Assembly (NCBI GenBank): GCA_963796285.1
Contig: CAWCKW010000012.1
Span: 1,696,001-1,760,000, forward strand
Reading direction: 5' to 3'
Origin: Nitrospirota bacterium
GTDB lineage: Bacteria; Nitrospirota; UBA9217
Length of the DNA stretch: 64,000 nt
Shown: in pieces, positions 54,034-63,717 of the stretch
Numbering within the stretch: the stretch's first letter is position 1
Layout: each line of letters starts with the position of its first letter
Program-made: the position numbers and the translations under genes
The notes under the pieces: generated by a model
Databases searched by the model: none
Told to the model about the DNA's origin: nothing
The model's input: only the letters and a program-made list of their open reading frames with translations

Positions 54034-54053
54034 GACCCGGCAACCTGCCGGTC
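54034..54053 (-). promoter_or_regulatory. Putative SECIS hairpin for the C-terminal Sec, lying 3' of the stop codon
   Basis: GAC-CGGCA-GGU-UGCCG-(G)-GUC; loop starts 18 nt after the UGA at 54064-54066. Confidence 0.75.
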
Positions 54054-54054
54054 C

Positions 54055-54273
54055 TTATACGCCTCATGATCCGCCGGCATAACCGATGGACACGTTATCC
54101 TCCTCCACGATCACCGGCACTTTCCTCACACCCTTTGAATATCTCAGCATCTCATCCAGTTTCGCACGTTCAGCCCTCACATCGTAATATACGGCCTTGC
54201 TCCCGTAGACCGACCTGGCCTTATCAGTATGCGGTCAGCCTGCTTTCCCGAAGATCATCACCTTCTCTGCCAT
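54055..54273 (-). CDS. Glutaredoxin-like UXX-star type selenoprotein, 72 aa, two Sec (U13, U70); absent from ORF track
   Basis: MAEKVMIFGKAG-U-PHTDKARSVYGSKAVYYDVRAERAKLDEMLRYSKGVRKVPVIVEEDNVSIGYAGGS-U-GV-stop; GAGGAGG RBS; cis-Pro VP motif; hairpin after each UGA. Confidence 0.88.
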
Positions 54274-54368
54274 AGGTACCCTCCTCTATGCAAATGGAAA
54301 TCATATAAATATATAATATCATTTTACGGGTGCAAAAGTACATATTTTACGATACAATCGAAAATGTG

Positions 54369-55019
54369 ATGTCATTGGGAACAAATCCTTCGGCAGGTTT
54401 GTCATATACTAGAGGCCACAGCAGCGCTCTTGGATCGGATGACGATGCTGCGCTCGTATCGTCTGCCCAAAAAGGCGACCTGAATGCTTTTGAATTGCTT
54501 GTTGGGCGATACCAGAAGAAGATGCTCAACATCTCCTTCCGGCTGGTCGGGGATTACGATGATGCGTGCGAGGTCGTGCAGGACGCTTTTGTCTCTGCTT
54601 ACAGGAACATCAAAACATTCCGTGGGGACGCGAAGTTCACGACCTGGCTTACAACAATCACCCTGAACCTGTCGAAGAACCGATTGAAGCAGATGAGGTC
54701 CCGACAGGGCCATGAAGCCTTTTCCCTGAACGATCCGATCCAGACCGATGACGGCGAGATGACCATGGACCCGCCGTCAAACGAGCCTTCCGCACTCAAC
54801 CGCCTGGAAAAAAGGGACGTCCAAGCCAAAGTGCAGGACTGCATCAAGGCTCTTGACACGGATTTTCGGGAAGTCCTCATCCTTCGCGACATGCAGGAGT
54901 TTTCATATGAAGAGATCGGGAGCATGCTCAAGGTGCGCGAAGGCACGATCAAATCTCGGCTGTTCAGGGCCCGGGAAATGGTAAAGGATTGTTTGAAGAA
55001 GTTTATGGGAGAACTCTGA
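54369..55019 (+). CDS. ECF-type RNA polymerase sigma factor
   Basis: GDLNAFELLV, EVVQDAF, FTTWL, FSYEEI, GTIKSRLFRAR. Confidence 0.93.
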   Translation: MSLGTNPSAGLSYTRGHSSALGSDDDAALVSSAQKGDLNAFELLVGRYQKKMLNISFRLVGDYDDACEVVQDAFVSAYRNIKTFRGDAKFTTWLTTITLNLSKNRLKQMRSRQGHEAFSLNDPIQTDDGEMTMDPPSNEPSALNRLEKRDVQAKVQDCIKALDTDFREVLILRDMQEFSYEEIGSMLKVREGTIKSRLFRAREMVKDCLKKFMGEL

Positions 55020-55070
55020 CCTACAGTCTCCTCTCCTCTCTTGCGGGAGAGGATGGGTGAGGGGTATTCA

Positions 55071-56138
55071 ATGGAACATAACCACATACGTCATAAACTT
55101 TCCGAATATATCGATGGATCCGTCACGGGTGAAGAACAGGCGACGATCGAAGCTCACCTCAAGACCTGCCTGCAATGCAGCGGCGCGCTCGAAGAGCTTC
55201 GGAAGACCGTCGAGCACGTCAAGACTGTTGAAGAGATCGAACCGCCCGCCTGGATGACGCAGAAGATCATGGCTAAGGTGCGTGCTGAGGCGGAGGAGAA
55301 AAAGACCATCTTTAAGCGGCTATTCTTTCCGCTCGCGGTCAAGCTGCCCGTTCAGGCTGTGGCTGTCCTATTCCTTTCAATAACGGCCTATTACATCTAT
55401 CAGAATATAAATCCCGCGGACAGATATACCGGAACAACAAGAGTGGCTACGGCAAAGAAAGAAGTATCAACTTTCCCGGCCCCGGGAAAAGAAGAAGGCG
55501 CTTCTGTTATAAAGAAAGATGCGCTTGATAAAATGCAAAGCTCCACACAGCGTTCAAAACAGGCTCCGCAATCCCCGGAATATAAAGCTCTGGACATGAA
55601 ACAGGAATACGAAAAGCCCGCGCCCCCGGTTCCGGAAGGCAAAGCAACGGTGCCGGCCCCCGCTCCGGCAAAGCCTGCAGAGCAGCCTGTGCTTGCCACA
55701 CAGGAGGCAACCTCAGGGAAAATGGCTGCCGCGCCGCAGGCAGGCGCTCCGGCCATGATGAGGAAGCAGAATGACGTGGCGAACGAGAGCGGTGAGCGTG
55801 GGGTATCAAAGCGCAAATCGATGGCATCAGCAGAAGGAACCGCGACGAAACCCGCCAACAGATCTGAGCAAGTGGTCCAGGAGCGCTACCCGGACGACAA
55901 ACCGAAATTGGTCGTAACGTTCGATCTCGCTGGCTCTCACAGGGTCAAGCGTGCCGAGGAACGGTTCAACAGCAGTGGCGAGCGTGACGGACTGCAACGG
56001 GAATATTATGAGTCTGGTCGAGTTAAAACAGAAGCCCAGTATAGCTATGGAAAACTCGAATGGTACAGGGAATTCCAACCAGATGGTGTGAAAAAGATCG
56101 GCAAATCGGATTTTGACTGGTTTTGGCTAAAGAAATAG
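55071..56138 (+). CDS. Zinc-binding anti-sigma factor (zf-HC2) with TM and periplasmic tail
   Basis: HLKTCLQC motif, one TM, directly after the ECF sigma gene. Confidence 0.85.
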   Translation: MEHNHIRHKLSEYIDGSVTGEEQATIEAHLKTCLQCSGALEELRKTVEHVKTVEEIEPPAWMTQKIMAKVRAEAEEKKTIFKRLFFPLAVKLPVQAVAVLFLSITAYYIYQNINPADRYTGTTRVATAKKEVSTFPAPGKEEGASVIKKDALDKMQSSTQRSKQAPQSPEYKALDMKQEYEKPAPPVPEGKATVPAPAPAKPAEQPVLATQEATSGKMAAAPQAGAPAMMRKQNDVANESGERGVSKRKSMASAEGTATKPANRSEQVVQERYPDDKPKLVVTFDLAGSHRVKRAEERFNSSGERDGLQREYYESGRVKTEAQYSYGKLEWYREFQPDGVKKIGKSDFDWFWLKK

Positions 56139-56150
56139 CTTTCCTCATCA

Positions 56151-56179
56151 GGAACTTTTTCCAAACCTCCTTTGTCTAA
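56151..56179 (+). promoter_or_regulatory. ECF (sigma-E-like) promoter upstream of the DUF4139 gene
   Basis: GGAACTT-N16-GTCTAA; similar GGAACAA-N16-GTCATA at 54378-54406. Confidence 0.65.
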
Positions 56180-56221
56180 TGAACCAAGAGCGGTTCAATT
56201 CAATTTCAAAGGAGGTTCATC

Positions 56222-57680
56222 ATGAGAATCAATCATCTTGCGACGGTCCTGGCGGTTCTGTTTTTAGTAGGTATCGGTTATTGTCCGGTTTCATCGGCAG
56301 AAAAAAAAGAGGTAAAGCACGAAACAGCATCAAGTACGCTGGACGATCAGACGGGCGTTGCGCTCACCATCTACAACGTCAACCTGGGCCTGGTCAAGGA
56401 CCAGCGCGCCATCAAGCTGTTCAAAGGCATCGGCGATCTGCGGTTCATGGATGTGGCTTCGCAGATCATGCCCACCAGCGTCCACATCAAATCACTCGTC
56501 AATCCCGAAACCCTGCAGGTACTCGAGCAGAACTACGAATACGACCTGTTGAACCCCCAGAAGCTGCTCGATAAATACGTGGGCAAAGAAGTAAAGCTTT
56601 ACACGAAGAATCCCTACACTGAACGGGAGGAGGTCGTGATTGCCACGCTCCTGTCGAACAACGGCCAACCCATCTTCAAGATAGGCGATGAGATCACCTT
56701 CGGCCACCCCGGCAGGATCGTCTTCCCCGGAGTGCCGGAGAATCTCAACGCCAAGCCGACCCTTGTCTGGATGCTCGACAACGACCTGCCTTCAGCACAG
56801 AAGATCGAGGCCACGTACCTTACGAACGGCATCAACTGGCGGTCCGATTATGTCGTGACGCTGAATGACAAGGACGACAAGGCCGACCTCTCGGGCTGGG
56901 TGACCATCGACAACCACAGCGGCGCAACATATAAGAACGCAAAGCTCAAGCTCGTTGCCGGTGATGTGAACAGGGTAAAGAACGAATATGAATATAAGGA
57001 CAAGATGATGCGCGTGGCAGAAATGGCGGCGAAAGCGGCAGCACCGCAGTTCAAGGAGGATTCATTCTTCGAATACCATATTTATACCCTCGAACGGCCG
57101 GCCACGGTCAAGGACAACCAGACCAAGCAGATCAGCCTGGTCACTGCCGACGATATCCCGGTTAAAAAAGAGCTTCTCTATTACGGGGCGAACTATTATT
57201 ACTACCAGCCGCTATGGCGAGGCCATGTCGAACCAGAAGATCGGCGTATTCGTCGAGATCCAGAACAAGAAAGTGAACAACCTCGGCATCCCGCTGCCCA
57301 AAGGCACGGTGAGGGTCTACAAGGCTGACAAGGAAGGGAGCCTCCAGTTCGTGGGCGAGGATTCGATCGACCATACTCCCAAGGATGAGAAGGTCAGGAT
57401 CAAGCTCGGCGATGCCTTTGACGTGGTGGGAAGCAGAAAACAGACGGACTGGAAGAAGATCGCCTATGATACCTACGAAGCGGCATTCGAAATATCGCTC
57501 AGGAACCACAAGAAGGAAGACGTGGTCGTCAAGGTCGTGGAACCGATCCCCGGCGACTGGAAGATGCTCTCGTCATCACACGAATACACCAAAAGCGAGG
57601 CCTTCACCGCCGAGTTCAATATCCCGGTGCCGAAGGACCAGGAAGTGAAGCTTACCTACCGGGTGAGGATGAGGTATTAG
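56222..57680 (+). CDS. DUF4139 domain secreted protein; frameshift near 57210
   Basis: [53 protein letters not shown]. Confidence 0.85.
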
Positions 57681-57772
57681 ACCAGGGGGCACATACATCA
57701 CAGCCGCAGCAATGATAACCCGCTGCGGCTGATACACGTTCTCTGATATTCAGGGAAATGGCCCCGTCAGCA

Positions 57773-58072
57773 TTATTTCATTTTGGAAAGAAGATATATC
57801 GACATCTCATATTTCTTTCCTTCTTCTTTTTTCACGGCCTGATAGAAATCACACTTTTCACATTGTCCATACTTCGCGGCAAAAGTACCCTGCACCTTTC
57901 CACCGCACAACGAACCCGCTATTATCCAGCACGCTCTCCCGGCATTTTCGCCTCCATGAACGCCATCCAATCGTTGCTCCTTCGAAGCCGGGCAGACACC
58001 AAGATCCTTTTCGTGTTCTCCTCCCTTTGTCCGGCCGCATTTTTTAACTTCCCAGCAGTTTCGTTTCTTCAA
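57773..58072 (-). CDS. Small Cys-rich two-CW domain protein (TTG start)
   Basis: NCWEVKKC...CPA...GRACW..AG.LC...CEKCDFY; AGGAGG RBS. Confidence 0.75.
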   Translation of the reverse strand: MKKRNCWEVKKCGRTKGGEHEKDLGVCPASKEQRLDGVHGGENAGRACWIIAGSLCGGKVQGTFAAKYGQCEKCDFYQAVKKEEGKKYEMSIYLLSKMK

Positions 58073-58190
58073 TACTGAAATCCTCCTTTTATTACTACTC
58101 AATAGCTCATGAGATTATAAAAATCAAGTAAAAAAACAATCTTCTTTATACTATTTGCAATGTTTGAGAATCATGAGGGAATAGGTTTCC

Positions 58191-59264
58191 TTATAACCAC
58201 TTCTTCCGCTTGAAATAAAGGAACATGGAAGCGCCAATGCCGAACATCGCGAGGAGCGCGAAGAAATACCCGTAGTGCCACTCCAGCTCCGGCATGTACT
58301 TGAAATTCATCCCGTACACCCCAACGATGAAGGTGAGCGGCATGAAGATCAGGGAGATCGCTGTCAGGACCTTCATGACCTCATTCAACCGGTTGCTGAC
58401 GCTCGACAGGTACATGTCGAGCATGCTTGAAAGCATCTCACGGTAGATGTCCACACTGTCGATGATATGAATGACATGGTCGTAGACGTCCCGCAGGTAC
58501 GGCACCGTGGGTTGGCTGATCAGCGTTGACTCATGCTTGCCCAGGCCGTTCACGACCTCCCGGAGGGGCCATACCGCGTTGTGAAGGAATATCATTTCTC
58601 GCTTTAATTGATATATCTTCTGAACGGTAGTCTGTGTCGGCTGCTCGATCAATTCAGTTTCGAGCGTTTCGATCTTGTCGCCGAACTTTTCCAGGATCAC
58701 AAAGTAATTGTCCACCACCGCGTCGATGAGTGCATAGGCGAGGTAGTCGGCCTTCATTTTTCGGATGCGGCCCTTGCCGGTCCGGAGATGATCACGGATC
58801 AGGTTGAACACGTCGCCCTCTATCCCTTCCTGAAACGAAAGGACGAAGTTAGGGCCGAGGATGATGCTGATCTGTTCGGTGACGATATCGCCGTTCTTCC
58901 CGATCGTCAGCATTTTGAGCACGAGGTAGAGGTAGTCGCCGAAATCCTCCATCTTGGGACGCTGGTCCGTGTTCATGATGTCTTCCATAACGAGCCGGTG
59001 CAATCCGAAGCATGCTCCGAGCTTTTCGAGCATGGCAACGTTATGGACGCCGTCCACATTGATCCAGGTGACGGTGGGTTTGTTCCTGTAGGGGATGCAT
59101 GCTTCGACAGAGGTCAGTTCTGATTCAATTAAATTCGCCTCGTCATAATCGACCACGTGAATGCTGATCTTTTCATCCTTCTTCTCTCCGGTATACACCA
59201 GTGTCCCTGACGGAAGGCCCGCCTTTTGGGACCTTTTTTTCGAAAGTTTGCGCAGTGAGGGCAT
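58191..59264 (-). CDS. corA: Magnesium/cobalt transporter CorA
   Basis: QRPK, NEVMKVLT, YGMNF, MPEL. Confidence 0.96.
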   Translation of the reverse strand: MPSLRKLSKKRSQKAGLPSGTLVYTGEKKDEKISIHVVDYDEANLIESELTSVEACIPYRNKPTVTWINVDGVHNVAMLEKLGACFGLHRLVMEDIMNTDQRPKMEDFGDYLYLVLKMLTIGKNGDIVTEQISIILGPNFVLSFQEGIEGDVFNLIRDHLRTGKGRIRKMKADYLAYALIDAVVDNYFVILEKFGDKIETLETELIEQPTQTTVQKIYQLKREMIFLHNAVWPLREVVNGLGKHESTLISQPTVPYLRDVYDHVIHIIDSVDIYREMLSSMLDMYLSSVSNRLNEVMKVLTAISLIFMPLTFIVGVYGMNFKYMPELEWHYGYFFALLAMFGIGASMFLYFKRKKWL

Positions 59265-60115
59265 TAAGTGAACTCCTTGAGCGTTTCCTCGATCTTTTTC
59301 ACGTCAAAAGCCTGATGTACGAGCGGGTGATCCTTGATCATCGGCACACGCTCTTCGAACGTCTGCCGGTTATTGCGATAGATCACGCCGATGGGTATCC
59401 GATCGCCCCATTCGAGCGCCTTGACGAAGGCCGCCTTCCGGTCTTCGGGATTGTAGTCGGCTTCAATGTGATAGACCCGCTGCTTGAACCAGTCATAGGT
59501 GTTCACTTTGTTGAAGGTCACACAGGGCTGAAGGATGTCGAGCAGCGCAAACCCTTTGTGGTTGATCGCCTCTTTCATGAGGCCTTTGAGGTGCTCCATA
59601 TCGGCGGCATATCCCCGGGCTGCGAAACTGCAGTCTAGGGCAACAGCGAGCGCCATGGGGTTGAACTGTTCCGAGATCACGCCGAAAGGCATATTCTTGG
59701 TCACCACCCCTTCGCCCGTTGTAGGGGACGCCTGCCCCTTGGTGAGACCGTAGACCTGGTTGTCATGCACAAAGAGCTTCACACTGATGTTCCTGCGCAT
59801 GGCAGCCATAAGATGGTTGCCGCCCTCGCCGTAGCTGTCGCCGTCGCCGGTCGTGACGATGACCGGCATCTCGTGGTTCGCGAGCCTGATGCCCGTGGCA
59901 ACCGGAAGCGTTCTGCCGTGCAGTCCGTTAAAGGTGTTGCACTTTGTATAGTGTGGAAGTTTGGCGGCCTGACCGATGCCCGAGACGACGATAAACTGGT
60001 GCGGCTCCATGCCGAGCTCGACCATGGTGTCCTTGAAGGTATTCAGGATCGCGAAATTGCCGCACCCCATGCACCAGGCCGGGACCTGTCCTCTATATGT
60101 TTCCAAGGTAATCAT
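59264..60115 (-). CDS. 2-oxoacid:ferredoxin oxidoreductase beta subunit
   Basis: WCMGCGN, LHGR, GDGD...GGNH, YGLTKGQASPT, QPCVTFN. Confidence 0.93.
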   Translation of the reverse strand: MITLETYRGQVPAWCMGCGNFAILNTFKDTMVELGMEPHQFIVVSGIGQAAKLPHYTKCNTFNGLHGRTLPVATGIRLANHEMPVIVTTGDGDSYGEGGNHLMAAMRRNISVKLFVHDNQVYGLTKGQASPTTGEGVVTKNMPFGVISEQFNPMALAVALDCSFAARGYAADMEHLKGLMKEAINHKGFALLDILQPCVTFNKVNTYDWFKQRVYHIEADYNPEDRKAAFVKALEWGDRIPIGVIYRNNRQTFEERVPMIKDHPLVHQAFDVKKIEETLKEFT

Positions 60116-61824
60116 CGATCTCTCCTGTCAGGCCTTCAACCGTAAACGGCCTGCCGTCATATTTGTGAATGTGTCCTGAAAATTCAAATCCCGTCTCGCT
60201 TCGCATTAAACGGCTGAATTGTCCCGTTGCATTGTTCTCCACGCAAAGGGGAAGTTTTGCCCGTTCGAGGAACTTGACATAGTCGAAGCGCTCCCGGATG
60301 CGGAAGGGGGAAAACCTCACTGAAGTGAAGCATGGCGATGCTCGTTGTAGTTGCCAGGGCGTCGACCGCCTCTTTCATGACGCCGTACGTTGAACCCCAT
60401 CCCGTCAGGACAACGCGAGGGTCATGATCGCCATAGAGGAACGGCGGCGCGATCTCTTGTCTGATAAGCGGCAGCTTTTTGAACCACCGCTTCTCCACCA
60501 TGTTGACCCGCGTCAATGCGTCCTCGACAATATGACCTTCTTCGTCATGCTCGTCGCTGTCCGTGACCACGAGGTGCCTCGCGTCCCCGGGGACTCCGAG
60601 GGGGCTGATCCCGGTGTCGGTATAGGCGTGCCGCTTGTAGCTGGAAAGTTTTTTAAACGCATCTCCCCGCAGACGATGGTCCTGGTATCGTAGTTTACTC
60701 ACATCGAATCCTTCAAACGTCCACTGAGTGTCGGCAAGATACGTGTCGAAAAGAATAAAGACCGGTATCTGGTACTTTTCCGCAAGGTCGAAGGCCTTGT
60801 TCGTGAGAAAGAACGCCTCGCGAGGCGTACCCGGCGCGAATATCACGCGAGGAAACTCCCCGTGTCCTGCGGAAATGAGGAACTGGAGTTCGCCCTGCTC
60901 GGTTCGCGTCGGGAACCCCGTCGCCGGTCCCGGCCGTTGCCCCATGGCTATCACCACGGGCGTCTCGGTCATGCCCGAGAGTGAAAGTCCCTCGACCATG
61001 AGGGAGAAGCCGCCGCCCGATGTGCCGGTCATGGCGCGCACACCGGCAAAGGACGCGCCGAGAGCCATGTTGATGGCGGCGATCTCGTCCTCGGCCTGTT
61101 CCACGACAACACCGTATTCCTTTTCCTTGGTCGCGAGATAGTTCATGATGCCTGTCGAAGGCGTCATGGGGTAGGCGGAATAGAACTTACACCCCGACGC
61201 CAGTGCGCCGAGGGCGATGGACTCAACGCCTCCAACGAGCAGCAGGGCTTTTGCCGATCCCTCAGTACGGACGGAAAAGTTGCACGTGAGGCACCCCTTG
61301 ATTGCATGGTCATGGCCTGCCATGGCCGCGTTCTTGTTTGCGGCAACGACCTTATCGCCTTTTTTCACGAAGGTCTCGGCAATGAGGCCCATCAGGATAT
61401 CAAGGTCCATCCCCAGCATGCCAAGGACCGCTCCCGTTGCTACCGTGTTCGCCATGATCCTGTCGCCGCCATGCTCCATGGCAAGCTTCTCAAAAGGGAT
61501 GTCGAGAAATGCGGGTTTGTCGTGCTTTTCCTTGAGCGTCTCTGAATCGTAGATGATCCGGCCACCGGAGGTGAGCTCACGCTCGTGGAGCCGGAGACTC
61601 TCCTTGTCCAGGGCAACGATAATGTCGATTGCTTCCCGGGGCGCCGAAACCGGCCTGTCCGAAAACCGTATCTGGTAGAAATTGTGCCCGCCGCGGATGC
61701 GCGATTCATAATCCTGGTTCGTGAAGACATGGTGTCCCGAGCGGGCAAAAACATGTCCCAGCGTGTCACCGATCGTCTGGATTCCCTGTCCTGCTTCTCC
61801 GCCGATCTTGATGGAATAATCCAT
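60093..61824 (-). CDS. 2-oxoacid:ferredoxin oxidoreductase alpha subunit; C-terminal frameshift
   Basis: GGEAGQG, YPMTPS, EQAEDEIAA, RPGPATG.PT, VENNATGQ. Confidence 0.93.
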
Positions 61825-62028
61825 AATTTCCTCTTTCCGAGACGGTATTGATGGGTGGTTACTAAAGATTCAGGTTCACCTCATAGTGAGAAGAAGAATT
61901 GCAATCATTTTGACTGGATAACAATAGCAACAGGATTCCGGAATGTAGCGAAGAAAGAACCCCGATCTTATCCTACTAGTCACGTTAAAGACTTGTCAGC
62001 TCTGGCTTGAGCAGGTAAGGATACGACC

Positions 62029-62358
62029 TTACCCGATATCTTCTATCGTGATCCCGCCGGATTCGAGGAGTTGCGAAAGAAGAACAAACCCTCCGCAGGG
62101 CAGTGCTGCCCGGTTCTGCATAAAGTCGCAGTCATGTTCATAAAAATCACAGGCAGTGCACATTTTATTAACAATCAACTCTGCGGTAGCGGGTGCAAAC
62201 TCACATCGATGGCCATCGAGAACCAGGCTTTTCCCTTCACGCAGGCACCTTTCCACAACAGTATAACCCCTGCAAGCCAGCGCTTCGTTCTTGTCAGGCT
62301 TATAATAGGTGCAGTATTGTGAACAGAGCGTTCGTTCCAACGGCTTTTTTATTCTCAT
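62029..62358 (-). CDS. Cys-rich hypothetical protein, 109 aa, divergent from the radical SAM gene
   Basis: CX3C..YK...C.G and CX2C.F...C.F...PCGG clusters; TGTTATAAT 8 nt upstream. Confidence 0.75.
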   Translation of the reverse strand: MRIKKPLERTLCSQYCTYYKPDKNEALACRGYTVVERCLREGKSLVLDGHRCEFAPATAELIVNKMCTACDFYEHDCDFMQNRAALPCGGFVLLSQLLESGGITIEDIG

Positions 62359-62366
62359 TGTTTCGT

Positions 62367-62399
62367 ATTATAACAAAATACAGGGTACAGTGCTATAAT
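62367..62399. promoter_or_regulatory. Back-to-back extended -10 promoters
   Basis: Plus strand TGCTATAAT 62391-62399, 6 nt before ATG 62406; minus strand TGTTATAAT 62375-62367, 8 nt before ATG 62358; no SD on either. Confidence 0.6.
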
Positions 62400-62405
62400 A
62401 ACACC

Positions 62406-63536
62406 ATGAATTACTATTTTACACGACGGGCTGTCCTGAAATGGCTCGAGACCCCGTCTGTTTATCAGATCGCAAAAGACGAATTATACGAACTTGACAG
62501 CGCATCATTCGACTTTTTTAAGAACTGCGCTTCAGAGGACGGGTGCGCCTCAAAGGACAGCGCGTTCATAGACTACTGTCTGGAGGAGGGGCTGCTGACG
62601 ACAACGCCGGGTGCGGTCAAACGGCCCGCTCTCAAACAAGCCCCTGAACCGTCACTTCGCTACCTTGAACTCCAGATCACCGACGCCTGCAACCTCAGAT
62701 GCAAACACTGCTATATCGGTGATGCCGGCCGGAATGAATTGACGCCGGAACAGGTGGAAAAGGTTTTGCGCGAATTCGAGAGGATGCAGGGTCTGCGCGT
62801 ACTGATAACCGGAGGCGAACCGCTGGTTCACAAAAATTTCCACGAGATCAATGAGATGCTCCCTGATTTTTTCATCAGAAAGGTCCTCTTCACGAACGGG
62901 GTGCTTCTCAATAGAGAAAAGCTGAAAGTCCTCAAGGTCGACGAGATCCAGGTGAGCGTGGATGGACTTGAACCTGCCCATGACAAGCTCCGCGGAAACG
63001 GGACATTCAAGCACTCCCTGGATGCAATGAAACACGCGCTTGACGCAGGCTTCGATGTATCAGTGTCTACCATGGTCCATCAGTACAATCGAGCGGACTT
63101 CGACAGCATGGAACAACTTTTCAAGGGAATGGGTATCAAGGATTGGACCGTGGATATTCCCTGTGCGACCGGCAGACTGAAAAATAACGCGGAGCTGTAT
63201 GTCAGCCCCGAGGAAGGCGGGAGGTATCTCGGCTACGGTTATGGGAACGGACTCCATTCTTCCACGCAGGGGTATGGCTGCGGCCTCCATCTCATGGCGG
63301 TGATGGCTGATGGGGGCATCGCTAAATGCACATTTTACGGGGCCCAACCCGTGGGCACCGTGGAGCATGGCCTTCAAACAGCCTGGAGTAAAATCCATCC
63401 GGTCATGCTGAAGGACCTGGAGTGCGACTGCGAGTACCTTGAAGTATGCCGGGGAGGGTGCCGGTACCGGGCGGAGCTTATCGACGGAAAAGGTGGAAAA
63501 GACCTTTACCGGTGCATGCTGTATGGTATAATATAA
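62406..63536 (+). CDS. Radical SAM/SPASM domain protein with ~80-aa N-terminal extension; candidate peptide maturase
   Basis: CNLRCKHC, TGGEP, TNG, QVSVDG; C-terminal C...G.IAKC...CDCEYLEVCRGGC...C seven-Cys SPASM pattern. Confidence 0.9.
   Translation: MNYYFTRRAVLKWLETPSVYQIAKDELYELDSASFDFFKNCASEDGCASKDSAFIDYCLEEGLLTTTPGAVKRPALKQAPEPSLRYLELQITDACNLRCKHCYIGDAGRNELTPEQVEKVLREFERMQGLRVLITGGEPLVHKNFHEINEMLPDFFIRKVLFTNGVLLNREKLKVLKVDEIQVSVDGLEPAHDKLRGNGTFKHSLDAMKHALDAGFDVSVSTMVHQYNRADFDSMEQLFKGMGIKDWTVDIPCATGRLKNNAELYVSPEEGGRYLGYGYGNGLHSSTQGYGCGLHLMAVMADGGIAKCTFYGAQPVGTVEHGLQTAWSKIHPVMLKDLECDCEYLEVCRGGCRYRAELIDGKGGKDLYRCMLYGII
63505..63532 (+). promoter_or_regulatory. Putative sigma-70 promoter for the peptide gene, inside the last codons of the radical SAM gene
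   Basis: TTTACC-N16-TATAAT with TG extension (TGGTATAAT 63524-63532). Confidence 0.5.
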
Positions 63537-63628
63537 GCTAAGTCAGGTACCTGTTTAGATTGATGCTCTCCGATTAAAACGATATGTTTTAACAATCAGA
63601 TCATGTATGCAAGAAAGGAGGTCTTCCG

Positions 63629-63691
63629 ATGACTATTAAAAAGGTAACGAAAAAAATGGCAGTCACGTGCAAGTGTAAAAGTTCCTGCTAA
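63629..63691 (+). CDS. 20-aa Lys/Cys-rich peptide MTIKKVTKKMAVTCKCKSSC; candidate RiPP precursor
   Basis: AAGGAGGT SD at 63615-63622 with 6-nt spacing, ATG 63629, TAA 63689-63691, terminator downstream. Confidence 0.75.
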   Translation: MTIKKVTKKMAVTCKCKSSC

Positions 63692-63717
63692 GAGTGATAA
63701 ACGATCTAGGTAATACG

